From assembly GCA_963822445.1 (NCBI GenBank), contig CAWGHO010000001.1, positions 1,152,001 through 1,216,000 on the forward strand: DNA of 64,000 nucleotides, in the 5' to 3' direction. The DNA comes from an uncultured Acidobacteriota bacterium. Its GTDB lineage: Bacteria > Acidobacteriota > Thermoanaerobaculia > Gp7-AA8. A program made the position numbers and the translations under genes. Under the pieces are notes generated by a model that had not been told where the DNA came from, searched no databases, and saw only the letters and a list, made by a program, of their open reading frames with translations. The first letter of the stretch is position 1, and the number at the start of each line of letters is the position of its first letter. Below, one piece after another: positions 37,583 through 46,958 of the stretch.

Positions 37583-38446
37583 ATGCACAATTCGCCGATG
37601 CACTTCACGCCGCCGCCGCGTCGCGTTCCGGCCTCCATGGCCCTGCTCAACGTCTTCAACGGGTTCGCGCAGATCGGCTGGTTCGTGTTCGGCTTCGGGA
37701 TGATTTTCTTCTGGGCATTCGCCGGAAATGCCGACTTTTCGGTGGTCACGTTCCGCGGTGACATCGCCACCACGTCCGGCAAGGTCGTGAGCGTCGAAGA
37801 GACCGGCGCATCGGAGAACGAGCAGCCCGTCAAAGCGCATCACTATCAATATTCGGTGGCCGGCGAGTGGCTGAAGGGAACGTCGTACACCACCGGCGGC
37901 GGTCCGAACGTTGGAGAGGAAGTCGTCGTCGAGTACGCGTCGTCGAATCCGCTCCGGTCGCGCATCGAAGGCATGCGCCGCGCGCAGTTCGGGCCGTGGG
38001 CGATCATCGTCTCGATCTTTCCGCTGATCGGATTCCTGATCCTCTACTTCGGCGGCATCAAAGGCGGCTTCAAACGCACGCGCCTTCTGCGCAACGGCGT
38101 CTTCACCCACGGCAAACTGGTGGGGAAGGAGCCGACGAACATGACCGTGAACGATCGCCGCGTGTATGAGCTGACGTTCGAGTTCACCTCGCGCGACGGC
38201 CGCCGTTGCGAAGCCACCTCGCGCACGAGCGACCCGACCCGGCTCGAAGACGAGCAGCAGGAGCCGCTGCTGTACGACCCCGAAGATCCGTCACGCGCGT
38301 ACCTCCTCGACGAAGCCCCGGGCCGGCCGGAGATCGACAGCCTGGGCGAGTTCAGAGGACGCCCCGTCGCCGCCGCGCTGTCGCTGATTCTGCCGGCGAT
38401 CGTCATCGGCGCGCACGTCGCGTACTTTTACTTCAAGCTCCGCTAG
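37583..38446 (+). CDS. DUF3592-like membrane protein (tandem domains)
   Basis: TM-beta-domain-TM repeated; TSGKVVSV...YQYSVAG and LLYDPEDPSRA motifs. Confidence 0.65.
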   Translation: MHNSPMHFTPPPRRVPASMALLNVFNGFAQIGWFVFGFGMIFFWAFAGNADFSVVTFRGDIATTSGKVVSVEETGASENEQPVKAHHYQYSVAGEWLKGTSYTTGGGPNVGEEVVVEYASSNPLRSRIEGMRRAQFGPWAIIVSIFPLIGFLILYFGGIKGGFKRTRLLRNGVFTHGKLVGKEPTNMTVNDRRVYELTFEFTSRDGRRCEATSRTSDPTRLEDEQQEPLLYDPEDPSRAYLLDEAPGRPEIDSLGEFRGRPVAAALSLILPAIVIGAHVAYFYFKLR

Positions 38447-39748
38447 ATGAGCCCATCCCTCGCCCGTCGCCTCGGCCCGTTCGACGCGACGATGATCGTG
38501 ATGGGCGGGATCATCGGCTCGGGCATCTTCATCAATCCGTACGTCGTCGCGCGGCAGGTGCACTCCATCGCCCTGATCCTCGGCGTGTGGGCCGCCGGCG
38601 GCGTGATCGCGCTTCTCGGCGCGTTCGTGTACGCGGAGCTCGCGGCGTTGCGCCCTGAAGTCGGCGGCCAGTACGCCTACCTGCGCGATGCCTGGCATCC
38701 GTCCGTGGCCTTTCTGTATGGCTGGGCGCTTCTCCTCGTCGTGCAGAGCGGCGGCATGGCCGCGGTGGCCGTCGCATTCGCGCATTACGCGAAGCAGTTG
38801 ACGGCGATCGCCGCACCGGACTGGGTGATCGCCGTGGTCACGCTCGCGGTGCTCACGATCATCAACTGCTTCGGCGTGCGAAGCGGCTCGAATACGCAAA
38901 CGGTGCTGATGCTGCTCAAGCTCGCGGCGATCGTGATGCTGATCGGCGTGGGGCTTACGGCAGACTTTCAACCGCAGACTGGAGATGTGACCCCTTCTGC
39001 CGCACCAACGCTTCTGGCGTTCGCCGCGGCGATGACGCCGGTGATGTTCGCGTACGGCGGATGGCAGACCGCCAGTTTCATGTCCGGCGAATTGCGGCAG
39101 CCGCGGCGCGATCTGGCCATCGGCCTGATCGTCGGCGTGATCGGCGTGATCGCGGTCTACCTGCTCGTGAACATGGCATACCTGCGCGCACTCGGCGTCG
39201 ACGGACTCGCGAGCATCACCACTCCCGCCTCGGCGACGATGCGTTTCGCCTGGGGCGAGCGTGGGGCGATGCTCATCGCCGCGGGCATCGCCATCTCCAC
39301 GCTCGGCTTCCTGAGCCAGGGGATGCTCACCGCGCCGCGCGTCTATTACGCGATGGCCGAGGATGGGCTGTTCTTCAAGGCGGTGGCAAAGGTGCATCCG
39401 AAGACGCAGGTGCCGGTTCTCGCCATCGCGTTGCAAGGCGTCGTCGCGGTGGTGATTGCACTGTCCGGGACGTACGAGCAGATCCTGAGCTACGTCGTGT
39501 CCGTCGACTTCATCTTCTTCGGCCTGACCGGCGCCGCGCTGTTCGTGTTCCGCAAGCGCCTCGGCCCCGGCGCGTTCAAGACGCCCGGACATCCGGTGAC
39601 CACGGCCATCTTCACCATCGCCTGCTGGGTGATCGTGATCGGGACTTTTGCCCGATCGCCGATCAACAGCGCGATCGGGTTGGGGATCCTCGCCGCGGGA
39701 TTACCGGCGTATTGGTTCTGGAGGAGCGGGAGGTCCCGGGGTAACTAG
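38447..39748 (+). CDS. APC family amino acid permease
   Basis: GGIIGSGIF, YAELAA.RP..GG.Y, FAYGGW, PRVYYAMAEDGLF; ~12 TM. Confidence 0.93.
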   Translation: MSPSLARRLGPFDATMIVMGGIIGSGIFINPYVVARQVHSIALILGVWAAGGVIALLGAFVYAELAALRPEVGGQYAYLRDAWHPSVAFLYGWALLLVVQSGGMAAVAVAFAHYAKQLTAIAAPDWVIAVVTLAVLTIINCFGVRSGSNTQTVLMLLKLAAIVMLIGVGLTADFQPQTGDVTPSAAPTLLAFAAAMTPVMFAYGGWQTASFMSGELRQPRRDLAIGLIVGVIGVIAVYLLVNMAYLRALGVDGLASITTPASATMRFAWGERGAMLIAAGIAISTLGFLSQGMLTAPRVYYAMAEDGLFFKAVAKVHPKTQVPVLAIALQGVVAVVIALSGTYEQILSYVVSVDFIFFGLTGAALFVFRKRLGPGAFKTPGHPVTTAIFTIACWVIVIGTFARSPINSAIGLGILAAGLPAYWFWRSGRSRGN

Positions 39749-40017
39749 GTCTTTTTGCGGGCACGTCTGACAGTCTTAGGCGAAATCCGGTCAAACACGT
39801 CAGGCTCAACATCAGGGACTTTTGCCAGCACGCCCTCGAATTTTCGACGACTCGCGCGCTTCGCTCTGTTGGCGAGGTACTCCTCTGTCATCAACGCCGA
39901 CATCTTTTCCGCTACGGCCGAGGTGATGAGTTGGTTGATGGACACGCCCTCCCGCTCAGCGAGCTCACCGAGCTTCTGATGGAGGGATTCCGGCAAACGT
40001 AAACTCAACGCTCCCAT
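39745..40017 (-). CDS. Ribbon-helix-helix antitoxin (HicB-like)
   Basis: MGALSLRLPESLHQKLGELAEREGVSINQLI...KVPDVEP; overlaps the PIN gene end. Confidence 0.85.
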   Translation of the reverse strand: MGALSLRLPESLHQKLGELAEREGVSINQLITSAVAEKMSALMTEEYLANRAKRASRRKFEGVLAKVPDVEPDVFDRISPKTVRRARKKT

Positions 40018-40433
40018 TTCGCTTCTCTCAAGTTCTGAAGAAAGACTGCAGGTGTCCACACTTGTACCCCAAACTGCTCTGAGCCTCTGAAATCTCTTAC
40101 GTTGTGAGTCACGACAGCGTTGCAACCAGCGGCAACAGCTAACTCCAATACCAGATCGTCGTTCGGATCGCGCAGATACGGCCTCCAGAGAAAGAAAATC
40201 TCCTGCCACATGGAGGCGTCGCACACGTAGTCGATGAGGTCATGAATGTCCTGTTCGCTGATCGGCGATTCCGCGACGTGCCGAAGCAACACACTTTCAT
40301 ACTCAAGAACAAGCGATACCGAAATGGCGATATCAAAAGTGCCCCTGCCGATTCGCGACAGAAGCTCGAACGATGCACCCCGCCGCGACCGCATGGCCGC
40401 GACGAGCACATTTGTGTCCAGCACTACCTTCAC
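40005..40433 (-). CDS. PIN domain toxin
   Basis: VVLDTNVLVAA, LEYESVL, RDPNDDLVLELA, VTHNVRDF; locally AT-richer. Confidence 0.9.
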   Translation of the reverse strand: MKVVLDTNVLVAAMRSRRGASFELLSRIGRGTFDIAISVSLVLEYESVLLRHVAESPISEQDIHDLIDYVCDASMWQEIFFLWRPYLRDPNDDLVLELAVAAGCNAVVTHNVRDFRGSEQFGVQVWTPAVFLQNLREAKWER

Positions 40434-40443
40434 ACTTGATCGA

Positions 40444-40463
40444 TGGTACTACTGGCGGTACCA
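40444..40463. promoter_or_regulatory. Probable TA autoregulatory operator
   Basis: TGGTAC-N8-GTACCA just upstream of the PIN start codon, with a third GGTAC nearby. Confidence 0.4.
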
Positions 40464-40480
40464 CGGTACAACCACGCGCT

Positions 40481-40852
40481 CTATCCGAGCTCCTGTCCGA
40501 ACGTGATCCGGTGCCCGTCCGGCGTGCGGATCCCGAACTCGCGCATCCCCCAATTCTTGTCGGCCGGTTTCGATAGAAAATCGACGCCGTGCGGGGTCAG
40601 CTCTTCGTACAGCTCATCCAATCCTTCCACGGTCAGGTAGACGAACCAGGAGTGGTTGCCAGTGTCGCCCGCGGGCACCTCGTCGGCGCATTCACCGAGC
40701 ATCACCCGGTAGCCGTCTCGCGACAGAAAGCTCCAGCCATCCGATTCATCGCCGAAGTCGCGTTTAAAACCCAGCACGTCCATGTAGAACTGCGTCGATT
40801 TCCGGAGATTCTGCACTGCGAGAACGCTTCGCGAAGCGACGATTCGAGCCAT
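40481..40852 (-). CDS. VOC/glyoxalase (bleomycin-resistance-like) protein
   Basis: FYMDVLGF...PADKNWGMREFGIRTPDGHRITF. Confidence 0.88.
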   Translation of the reverse strand: MARIVASRSVLAVQNLRKSTQFYMDVLGFKRDFGDESDGWSFLSRDGYRVMLGECADEVPAGDTGNHSWFVYLTVEGLDELYEELTPHGVDFLSKPADKNWGMREFGIRTPDGHRITFGQELG

Positions 40853-40853
40853 A

Positions 40854-42134
40854 TCAACGACCTCCCGGTTGCCAGACCTCATTCGGACGCCCTTCCTCCC
40901 ACGGTTTGTACGCCAGCGCGAAGGGGATTCGCTCTGCGATCGGCGGATGGGAGTAGCGCCAGAACTCGATGAATGGATGCGGACTCGGATCGCGCTTCGA
41001 GTTCTCGGCGAGCTTCACGAATGCGCGGGCCATCGGCTCGTTGAGATGGGTCAGCTCCAGCGAGAAAACGTCCGCCTCGCGCTCGAGATATCGGGAGAAC
41101 GCCGCCGCGATCGGTGAGCTGAGAAACGTACCGACGAACAGGATCAGCAGCAGCCACGGCAACGAAGCCGGATCTCCCGGACTGGCAACGCCCCAACGCG
41201 AGCCCCACCGGCGCAGGCCGCGGTCATAAATCTGCTGGGCCAGGAAAAACCCGAAGAAGGAGAGGACCACGGAAAACGCCAGGCCTTTCCACATGTGATT
41301 GAGGACGTAATGGCCCATCTCGTGGCCCATCACCGAAAGGACCTCATCCTCGGTCATCTCCGCGAGCAGCGTGTCCCACATGACGATCCGCTTCGTCGGC
41401 CCGATGCCGTTCACGTAAGCGTTCAGGGTCTTGGTCTGCTTCGACTTGTCGACCTCGTACACGCGGCCGCCCTCGATGCCGGCGCGCGACGCGAGGTCGA
41501 GCAGTTTCTGGCGCAGTTGCTCGTTCTTCAGCGTCTCGAAATCGTTGAAGATCGGATCGAGGATCACCGGCTGGATGACCACGATCAGCAGGATCAGCGG
41601 AATCGATCCCAGCCACATCGGCAGCCACCACTGCTTGAAGCGGCGGATGGCCAGTAGCGCCAGCGCGCCGACGAGCGCGCCGATGATCATGCCGACGCCG
41701 AGCTCCTTGAGCTGATCGAGCATCCACGCGCCGAAGGTCTGGTCGGTCAGGTCGAATTGATGGGGAACGACGAAGCCGGAGTAGTACGACAGCGGAAAAT
41801 CGATCACGGCGATGACGACGCTCAGAAGGGCGATGTACACCATGGCCATGACGAACGGCTTCTTCGTCACGCGCGCCGCCGTGTCGCGAATCTTCCGCGA
41901 CGCCGTCGTGATCAGCAGCAGGGCCATGATTCCGATGCCCCAGGCCGTGCCGACGAAGTACAGAACGTCCCGAATGCGGCTGTGGCGGACCATCTCGTCG
42001 GTGATCTGCACCTCGAAGCGCTTGTCGTCCTGTGGCGGCGGGGGTTGCCGCTGTTGAGCGGCCACGGAAACGACGACCGCGGCGGTTACGGCGACGGCGG
42101 CGAAGGCGAGCGCGGCTCGGAGAAGGGTCCGCAT
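40854..42134 (-). CDS. M48 (Ste24/HtpX-like) membrane metallopeptidase
   Basis: LNAYVNGIGPTKRIVMWDTLL, GHEMGHY, EREAD, YSHPPIAERI. Confidence 0.92.
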   Translation of the reverse strand: MRTLLRAALAFAAVAVTAAVVVSVAAQQRQPPPPQDDKRFEVQITDEMVRHSRIRDVLYFVGTAWGIGIMALLLITTASRKIRDTAARVTKKPFVMAMVYIALLSVVIAVIDFPLSYYSGFVVPHQFDLTDQTFGAWMLDQLKELGVGMIIGALVGALALLAIRRFKQWWLPMWLGSIPLILLIVVIQPVILDPIFNDFETLKNEQLRQKLLDLASRAGIEGGRVYEVDKSKQTKTLNAYVNGIGPTKRIVMWDTLLAEMTEDEVLSVMGHEMGHYVLNHMWKGLAFSVVLSFFGFFLAQQIYDRGLRRWGSRWGVASPGDPASLPWLLLILFVGTFLSSPIAAAFSRYLEREADVFSLELTHLNEPMARAFVKLAENSKRDPSPHPFIEFWRYSHPPIAERIPFALAYKPWEEGRPNEVWQPGGR

Positions 42135-42171
42135 GCCGGGCAGGATAGCAATTTGCACTGCCAGCTCATCC

Positions 42172-42621
42172 ATGGACGTCGATAAAGAAAAGGTCTCCCA
42201 ACTGCTCAACAAGATCCTGGAAACGGAACTGGCCGGCGCCGTGCGGTACACCCATTACTCGCTGATGGTTTACGGCTACAACCGCATCCCCATCGTCTCC
42301 TGGCTGCGCGAGCAGGCCAACGAGTCGCTGATGCACGCCCAGGCCGCCGGCGAGATGATCACCTCTCTCGGCGATCACCCCTCCCTCGGCATCGGCCCGC
42401 TGCTCGAAACGCACAAGCACGACATCGGCGACATCCTCCGGGAGTCGCTCGAGCACGAGCGCGCGGGCATTGCGTCGTACCGGAACCTCCTCGCGGAAGT
42501 GGAAGGCAAGTCGGTGTGGCTCGAGGAGTACGCGCGGACGATGATCGCCCAGGAAGAGACGCACGCGTACGAAGTCGAGAAGATGCTGCGCAAGCCGGGC
42601 GAGTTGAAGACCAACGTATGA
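42172..42621 (+). CDS. Bacterioferritin/ferritin-like diiron protein
   Basis: LETELAGAVRY, ESLMHA, LEHE, EETH ferroxidase-type pattern. Confidence 0.85.
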   Translation: MDVDKEKVSQLLNKILETELAGAVRYTHYSLMVYGYNRIPIVSWLREQANESLMHAQAAGEMITSLGDHPSLGIGPLLETHKHDIGDILRESLEHERAGIASYRNLLAEVEGKSVWLEEYARTMIAQEETHAYEVEKMLRKPGELKTNV

Positions 42622-42628
42622 TCCGGTG

Positions 42629-43681
42629 ATGCGTTTCCGGTCTCTCGCCGCTCTCCTGCTGATGGCGGCCGCGTCGTACGGCGCGCCGCCATCGCCTGCT
42701 CCGAAAAACATCATCCTGCTCATCGCCGACGGCGCGGGGCCGGTGCATTTCACGCTCGCCAAACAGAGGCGCGGCGCGGACTTCAACGTCGGCCGCATGC
42801 CGGTGGTCGGACTGGCCACCACGCACTCCCCCGAGCGCTACGTGACTGATTCCGCGTCGGCGGGCACGTCGATCGCGACCGGTGTGAAAGTGAACATCGG
42901 CGCGGTCAGCCTCAGCCCTGACGGGAAGCCGCTGACGACCGTGCTCGAGGCAGCCGAGCGGCGCGGAATGGTCACGGGCATCGTCACCACAGCGCAGTTC
43001 TGGGACGCGACGGCAGCTGCGTTTGCCGCGCACGCAAAGGAGCGTTACGAAGACGCGCCGTCGATCATCAGCCAGATGCTGCGCAGCGGCGCCGAAGTCA
43101 TCGCCGGTGCTGGGCTGAAAGCGATCAGCGAAGCGGCGCTGTCGCATGTCGGCGCGGACGCGAGGCAACAGGGCTACACCATCGTCAGCACGCGGCGGGA
43201 GCTCGAAGCGGCGCCCGCGATTGGCCGCGTCCTCGGCGTCTTTCCCGAGCAACCGCGCGACGTCGAGTTTCCCGACGCTCCGCTGCCGGTGCTCACGAAA
43301 TGGGCAATCGATCGCTTGAAAGGACACGCTGGCGGGTTCTTTCTGATGATCGAGAACGAAGGTACCGACAGCGCCAGCCATCAGAACTTTCTCCCCGACG
43401 TGCAGGCCAGTCTCAACTCCTTCGACCTCTCCGTCGGAGTCGCGCTCGACTTCGCGGCCGCATCCGGCAACACGCTGGTAGTCGTCACCGCCGACCACGA
43501 AACCGGCGGCCTGCGACTCAACGAGACCAAAGCCGGACGCCCGCGTCCGGAGTGGTCGACCACCGATCACACCGCGTCGGCCGTCCCCGTGTTCGCATTC
43601 GGTCCCGGCTCGGCGACGTTCGCCGGGTTTTACGACAACACGGATGTCGGGAAGAAGCTGTTGAGCTTCGTGAAGCCGTAG
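42629..43681 (+). CDS. Alkaline phosphatase
   Basis: KNIILLIADGAG, TDSASAGT, DATAAAF, VVTADHETGG, YDNTDV; signal peptide. Confidence 0.9.
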   Translation: MRFRSLAALLLMAAASYGAPPSPAPKNIILLIADGAGPVHFTLAKQRRGADFNVGRMPVVGLATTHSPERYVTDSASAGTSIATGVKVNIGAVSLSPDGKPLTTVLEAAERRGMVTGIVTTAQFWDATAAAFAAHAKERYEDAPSIISQMLRSGAEVIAGAGLKAISEAALSHVGADARQQGYTIVSTRRELEAAPAIGRVLGVFPEQPRDVEFPDAPLPVLTKWAIDRLKGHAGGFFLMIENEGTDSASHQNFLPDVQASLNSFDLSVGVALDFAAASGNTLVVVTADHETGGLRLNETKAGRPRPEWSTTDHTASAVPVFAFGPGSATFAGFYDNTDVGKKLLSFVKP

Positions 43682-43684
43682 CGG

Positions 43685-45283
43685 CTACGCGTGAATCGGC
43701 GTCGCGCCGCGCTGCGCGTCATGCGACGTACGCGCGTCCACGATCACCGGCAGCGTGACGATGAACGTCGCGCCGCGGCCGAGGCCGTCACTTTCGGCTT
43801 TGATGTCGCCGTGGTGGAGCTCGACGATGTGCCGCGCGATCGCCAGCCCGAGGCCCAGACCGCTGCGCTCGTTGGAATGCTCGGCCTGGCGGAGGCGGTC
43901 GAAGACGTACGGGAGAAACGACGGATCGATCCCCTCCCCTTCGTCCTTCACGCGGATCTTCAGCGTCCCGTTCTGCCGTTCAAGACGCAGATCGACGTGC
44001 TTGCCGGCGCCGGTGAACTTGATCGCGTTCGAGAGCAGATTGCCGATGACCTGCTGCATGCGGTTCGGATCGGCGGCGACCATCGTCGCGCGATCGTCGA
44101 GGTCCCAGGTCAGTTTCACGTCGCGTGCGGACGCGGCCGGCCGCGCCGTCGTGAGCGCGGCCTCGATGACATCGCCGATGCGGGTCGGCTTGAGATCGAC
44201 CTGGAACTTACCGAGGACCATGCGCGAGACGTCGAGCATGTCGTCGATGAGGCGGGCCTGGAGACGCGCGCTCGATTCGATGGTCTGCAGCGCTTCGTGT
44301 AACTCTTCGGGCTCGAAGTGTCCGGTGCGCAGGAACTGCACCCAGCCGAGGATGGAGGTCATGGGCGTGCGCAGCTCGTGGGAGAGCGTGGCCAGGAAGT
44401 TGTCCTTCGCCCGATTCTGAGCCTCGGCCTCCTGATACCGCCGCTCCGCCTCGGCTGCCTGCGCCGCGGCGCGCTTTTCAGTGACGTCGCGGAAGGTGAT
44501 TACTGATCCGAGGAGATCGCCGCTCTCCTCGCGCATCGGCGATGCGCAGAACTCGACCGGGAAACTCGTGCCGTCCGCGCGGAAGAACGTGTCCTGGATC
44601 TCGTCGTACGCCGAGTCGCCGTGCACGACCGCGTGCAGCCGGCAGCGTTTGACGTCGCAGGTCAGCACTCCCGGAAAGACGGGGTGAACCAGCGAGTGCA
44701 TGTCGTTGCCTTTGATCTCTTCGACGGTGCGGCCGATCATCCGCGCCGCCGCCGGATTGACGAACGTGGTCGAACCTTCCAGGCCTACGCCAAACACCCC
44801 TTCGGCCGCCGCGCGCAGGATCAGCTCGTTCTGCCTGATCAGCCGCGAGAGCTCGTGCGCCTGCCGCTTGAATGCCTCGCGTTTGCGGAACAGCTCCACG
44901 AACACGTTGACCTTCGAGCGAAGGATCTCCGGGTGGAAAGGCTTGAAGATGTAGTCGACCGCGCCGAGCTCGTAGCCGCGGAAGACGTTCGTCTCGCTGC
45001 GGCTGAGTGCGGTGAGAAAGATGATCGGCGTGTCGCGGGAGCGGTCGCGCTGGCGGATGAGATTCGCAGTCTCGAATCCGTCCAGATCGGGCATCTGCAC
45101 ATCAAGGAGCACGACCGCGAAGTCCATCTGCAGCAGGTGCTTGAGCGCCTTCGCTCCGGAATCGGCCTGAACGGTGTTCAACCCCAGGTCGCTCAGGATC
45201 GACTCCAGAGCGAGGAGGTTGTTCGGCTGGTCGTCGACCAGCAGGATGTTCACGCGTTCGTCGTTCCCTGGCAGCGGCGTCAT
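43685..45283 (-). CDS. REC-PAS-histidine kinase
   Basis: ILLVDD...LLDVQMP (REC), FVNPAAARM (PAS), LSHELRTP, NLLSNAIKFT, GLGLGL. Confidence 0.93.
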   Translation of the reverse strand: MTPLPGNDERVNILLVDDQPNNLLALESILSDLGLNTVQADSGAKALKHLLQMDFAVVLLDVQMPDLDGFETANLIRQRDRSRDTPIIFLTALSRSETNVFRGYELGAVDYIFKPFHPEILRSKVNVFVELFRKREAFKRQAHELSRLIRQNELILRAAAEGVFGVGLEGSTTFVNPAAARMIGRTVEEIKGNDMHSLVHPVFPGVLTCDVKRCRLHAVVHGDSAYDEIQDTFFRADGTSFPVEFCASPMREESGDLLGSVITFRDVTEKRAAAQAAEAERRYQEAEAQNRAKDNFLATLSHELRTPMTSILGWVQFLRTGHFEPEELHEALQTIESSARLQARLIDDMLDVSRMVLGKFQVDLKPTRIGDVIEAALTTARPAASARDVKLTWDLDDRATMVAADPNRMQQVIGNLLSNAIKFTGAGKHVDLRLERQNGTLKIRVKDEGEGIDPSFLPYVFDRLRQAEHSNERSGLGLGLAIARHIVELHHGDIKAESDGLGRGATFIVTLPVIVDARTSHDAQRGATPIHA

Positions 45284-45370
45284 CGGCTGCTCCGGCAATC
45301 GACGGTGCACTGGAGATCCCGCGTCTTCGCGCGGGATAAATTGAACTGTTCGTCTGTCATTGAAGTTCCG

Positions 45371-45940
45371 TCATCGGCTGCTCCGGCAAAGCTCGACGAG
45401 GAAGGGCCCGATGCGTTCGAGAGGCAAAATCCGATCCACGCGACCGGCAGCAATGGCAGCCTCGGGCATGGCCGGCGATTCGGCCGTCTTGGGGTCCTGG
45501 GCAATCACGAATCCGCCGCGCTGCTTGATGCGTCCTGCGCCGCGCGTCCCGTCGCTGTTCGCGCCCGTCAGAATGACTCCGATCACCGACTGCCCATAGG
45601 CATCGGCGGCTGACTCGAACAGCACGTCGATCGACGGCCGGGAGTACGCCACGGCGGCATCGACGGAGAGACTGAGCTCGCCATGTTCCGCGGTGCGCTC
45701 GACGAGCAGGTGATAGTTCGCCGGCGCAAGATACACATGCCCCGGCTGCAACCACTGCTTGTCATCCGCATCGACGACGCTCAGCGACGAGTGACGCCGG
45801 AAGTACGCCGGCAACGCTTCGCTCGACGTTTTGTAGCGATGCTGCGCGACGACGATCGGCACGCAGAATTCCTTGGGAAGTGACTCGAGGATGATGTGCA
45901 ACGCGCGCATCCCGCCCATTGAGCAGCCGATGGCGATCAA
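45371..45940 (-). CDS. cheB: Stand-alone CheB-type methylesterase (start uncertain)
   Basis: GCSMGG, AQHR, RPSIDVLFESAA, LTGANSDG. Confidence 0.9.
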   Translation of the reverse strand: MIAIGCSMGGMRALHIILESLPKEFCVPIVVAQHRYKTSSEALPAYFRRHSSLSVVDADDKQWLQPGHVYLAPANYHLLVERTAEHGELSLSVDAAVAYSRPSIDVLFESAADAYGQSVIGVILTGANSDGTRGAGRIKQRGGFVIAQDPKTAESPAMPEAAIAAGRVDRILPLERIGPFLVELCRSSR

Positions 45941-46024
45941 TTCGTACGTGCGCAGTGCCTCGCGCGTGACCCGGCCGTCTCGCCAGGAGCGAATACCGGG
46001 AGGAGAGTTGCGGTGCGGCCGCCA

Positions 46025-46879
46025 TCACCTCACCCTCCGGTACAGCTTCTCTTCCGCGTCGACGACCTCGTAGCTGTCGGCCACGCCGGTGTATTTGATC
46101 GACTCCTTCTTGCCGAGGCCGAGGATGCCGAACATCTCCATCGACTGGAGGAAGAGCTCCTGCACGCGCTCCTGCAGGGCGTTGTTGAAGTAGATCAACA
46201 CGTTCCTGCAGAAGATGACGTTGAAGTGATTGAACGACGCGTCGGTCACGAGGTTGTGCTGCGCGAAGACCACGTTCTCGCGCAGTGACGGGCGGAAGAT
46301 CGCGTAGTCGTAGCGGGCGGTGTAGTAGTCGGAGAACGTTCCCGTACCGCCGCCGGTGATGTAGTTCGAGGTGTTCTCCTGCATCGTCGACAGCGGAAAG
46401 ATGCCGGACTTGGCTTTCTGCAGGACGGCCTCGTTGATGTCGGTCGCATAAATCCGGCACCGGTCGTAGAGGCCCTCTTCCTGGAGAAGAATGGCCATCG
46501 AGTAGACCTCTTCGCCGGTCGAACAGCCGGCGTGCCAGATCCGGACGAACGGATAGGTGCGGAGGATGGGGACGACCTTCGTGCGGAAGGCGAAGTAGAA
46601 GGTCGGGTCGCGGAACATCGCCGTCGTGTTGACGGAGAGGTCGAGAAGCAGGCGCTCCATGACTCCGGAGTCATGCAGCACTTTCTCGATGAGCCCCGAG
46701 ACGGTGCTCAGCCCCTCGGCATAAACGCGCTTCCAGATCCGGCGGCGCAGGGAGGGCAGGGAGTAATCGCGGAAGTCGAAGCCGTAGTGGCGGTAAATGC
46801 CCTCCGTCAGAAGGCGAACTTCGATCTCCTCCAGTTCCGCCCGGGTCTGTTCATCGTTGATGGCGGCGGGATTCGACAT
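46025..46879 (-). CDS. cheR: CheR-type methyltransferase
   Basis: YGFDFRDY, MFRDP, RIWHAGCSTGEEVYS, CRNVLIYF. Confidence 0.95.
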   Translation of the reverse strand: MSNPAAINDEQTRAELEEIEVRLLTEGIYRHYGFDFRDYSLPSLRRRIWKRVYAEGLSTVSGLIEKVLHDSGVMERLLLDLSVNTTAMFRDPTFYFAFRTKVVPILRTYPFVRIWHAGCSTGEEVYSMAILLQEEGLYDRCRIYATDINEAVLQKAKSGIFPLSTMQENTSNYITGGGTGTFSDYYTARYDYAIFRPSLRENVVFAQHNLVTDASFNHFNVIFCRNVLIYFNNALQERVQELFLQSMEMFGILGLGKKESIKYTGVADSYEVVDAEEKLYRRVR

Positions 46880-46917
46880 GTTGCTTCACACTGCTACAGA
46901 GCAAACGGCAGGCCGTC

Positions 46918-46954
46918 CACGCGCGCGGCGGCGGGGGCCGCCGCCGCGCGCGTG
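46918..46954. terminator. GC-rich 17-bp hairpin between the kinase and cheR (terminator or stabiliser)
   Basis: CACGCGCGCGGCGGCGG-GGG-CCGCCGCCGCGCGCGTG immediately after the kinase stop; no clear U tract. Confidence 0.45.
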
Positions 46955-46958
46955 AACC

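Noticed and set aside
34377-37703. Long antisense ORFs (e.g. 34377-37703 +, 48750-51947 +, 56156-58891 +, 212-1585 -)
   Set aside because: Shadow frames of real genes in high-GC DNA with biased codon usage; no motifs or start signals
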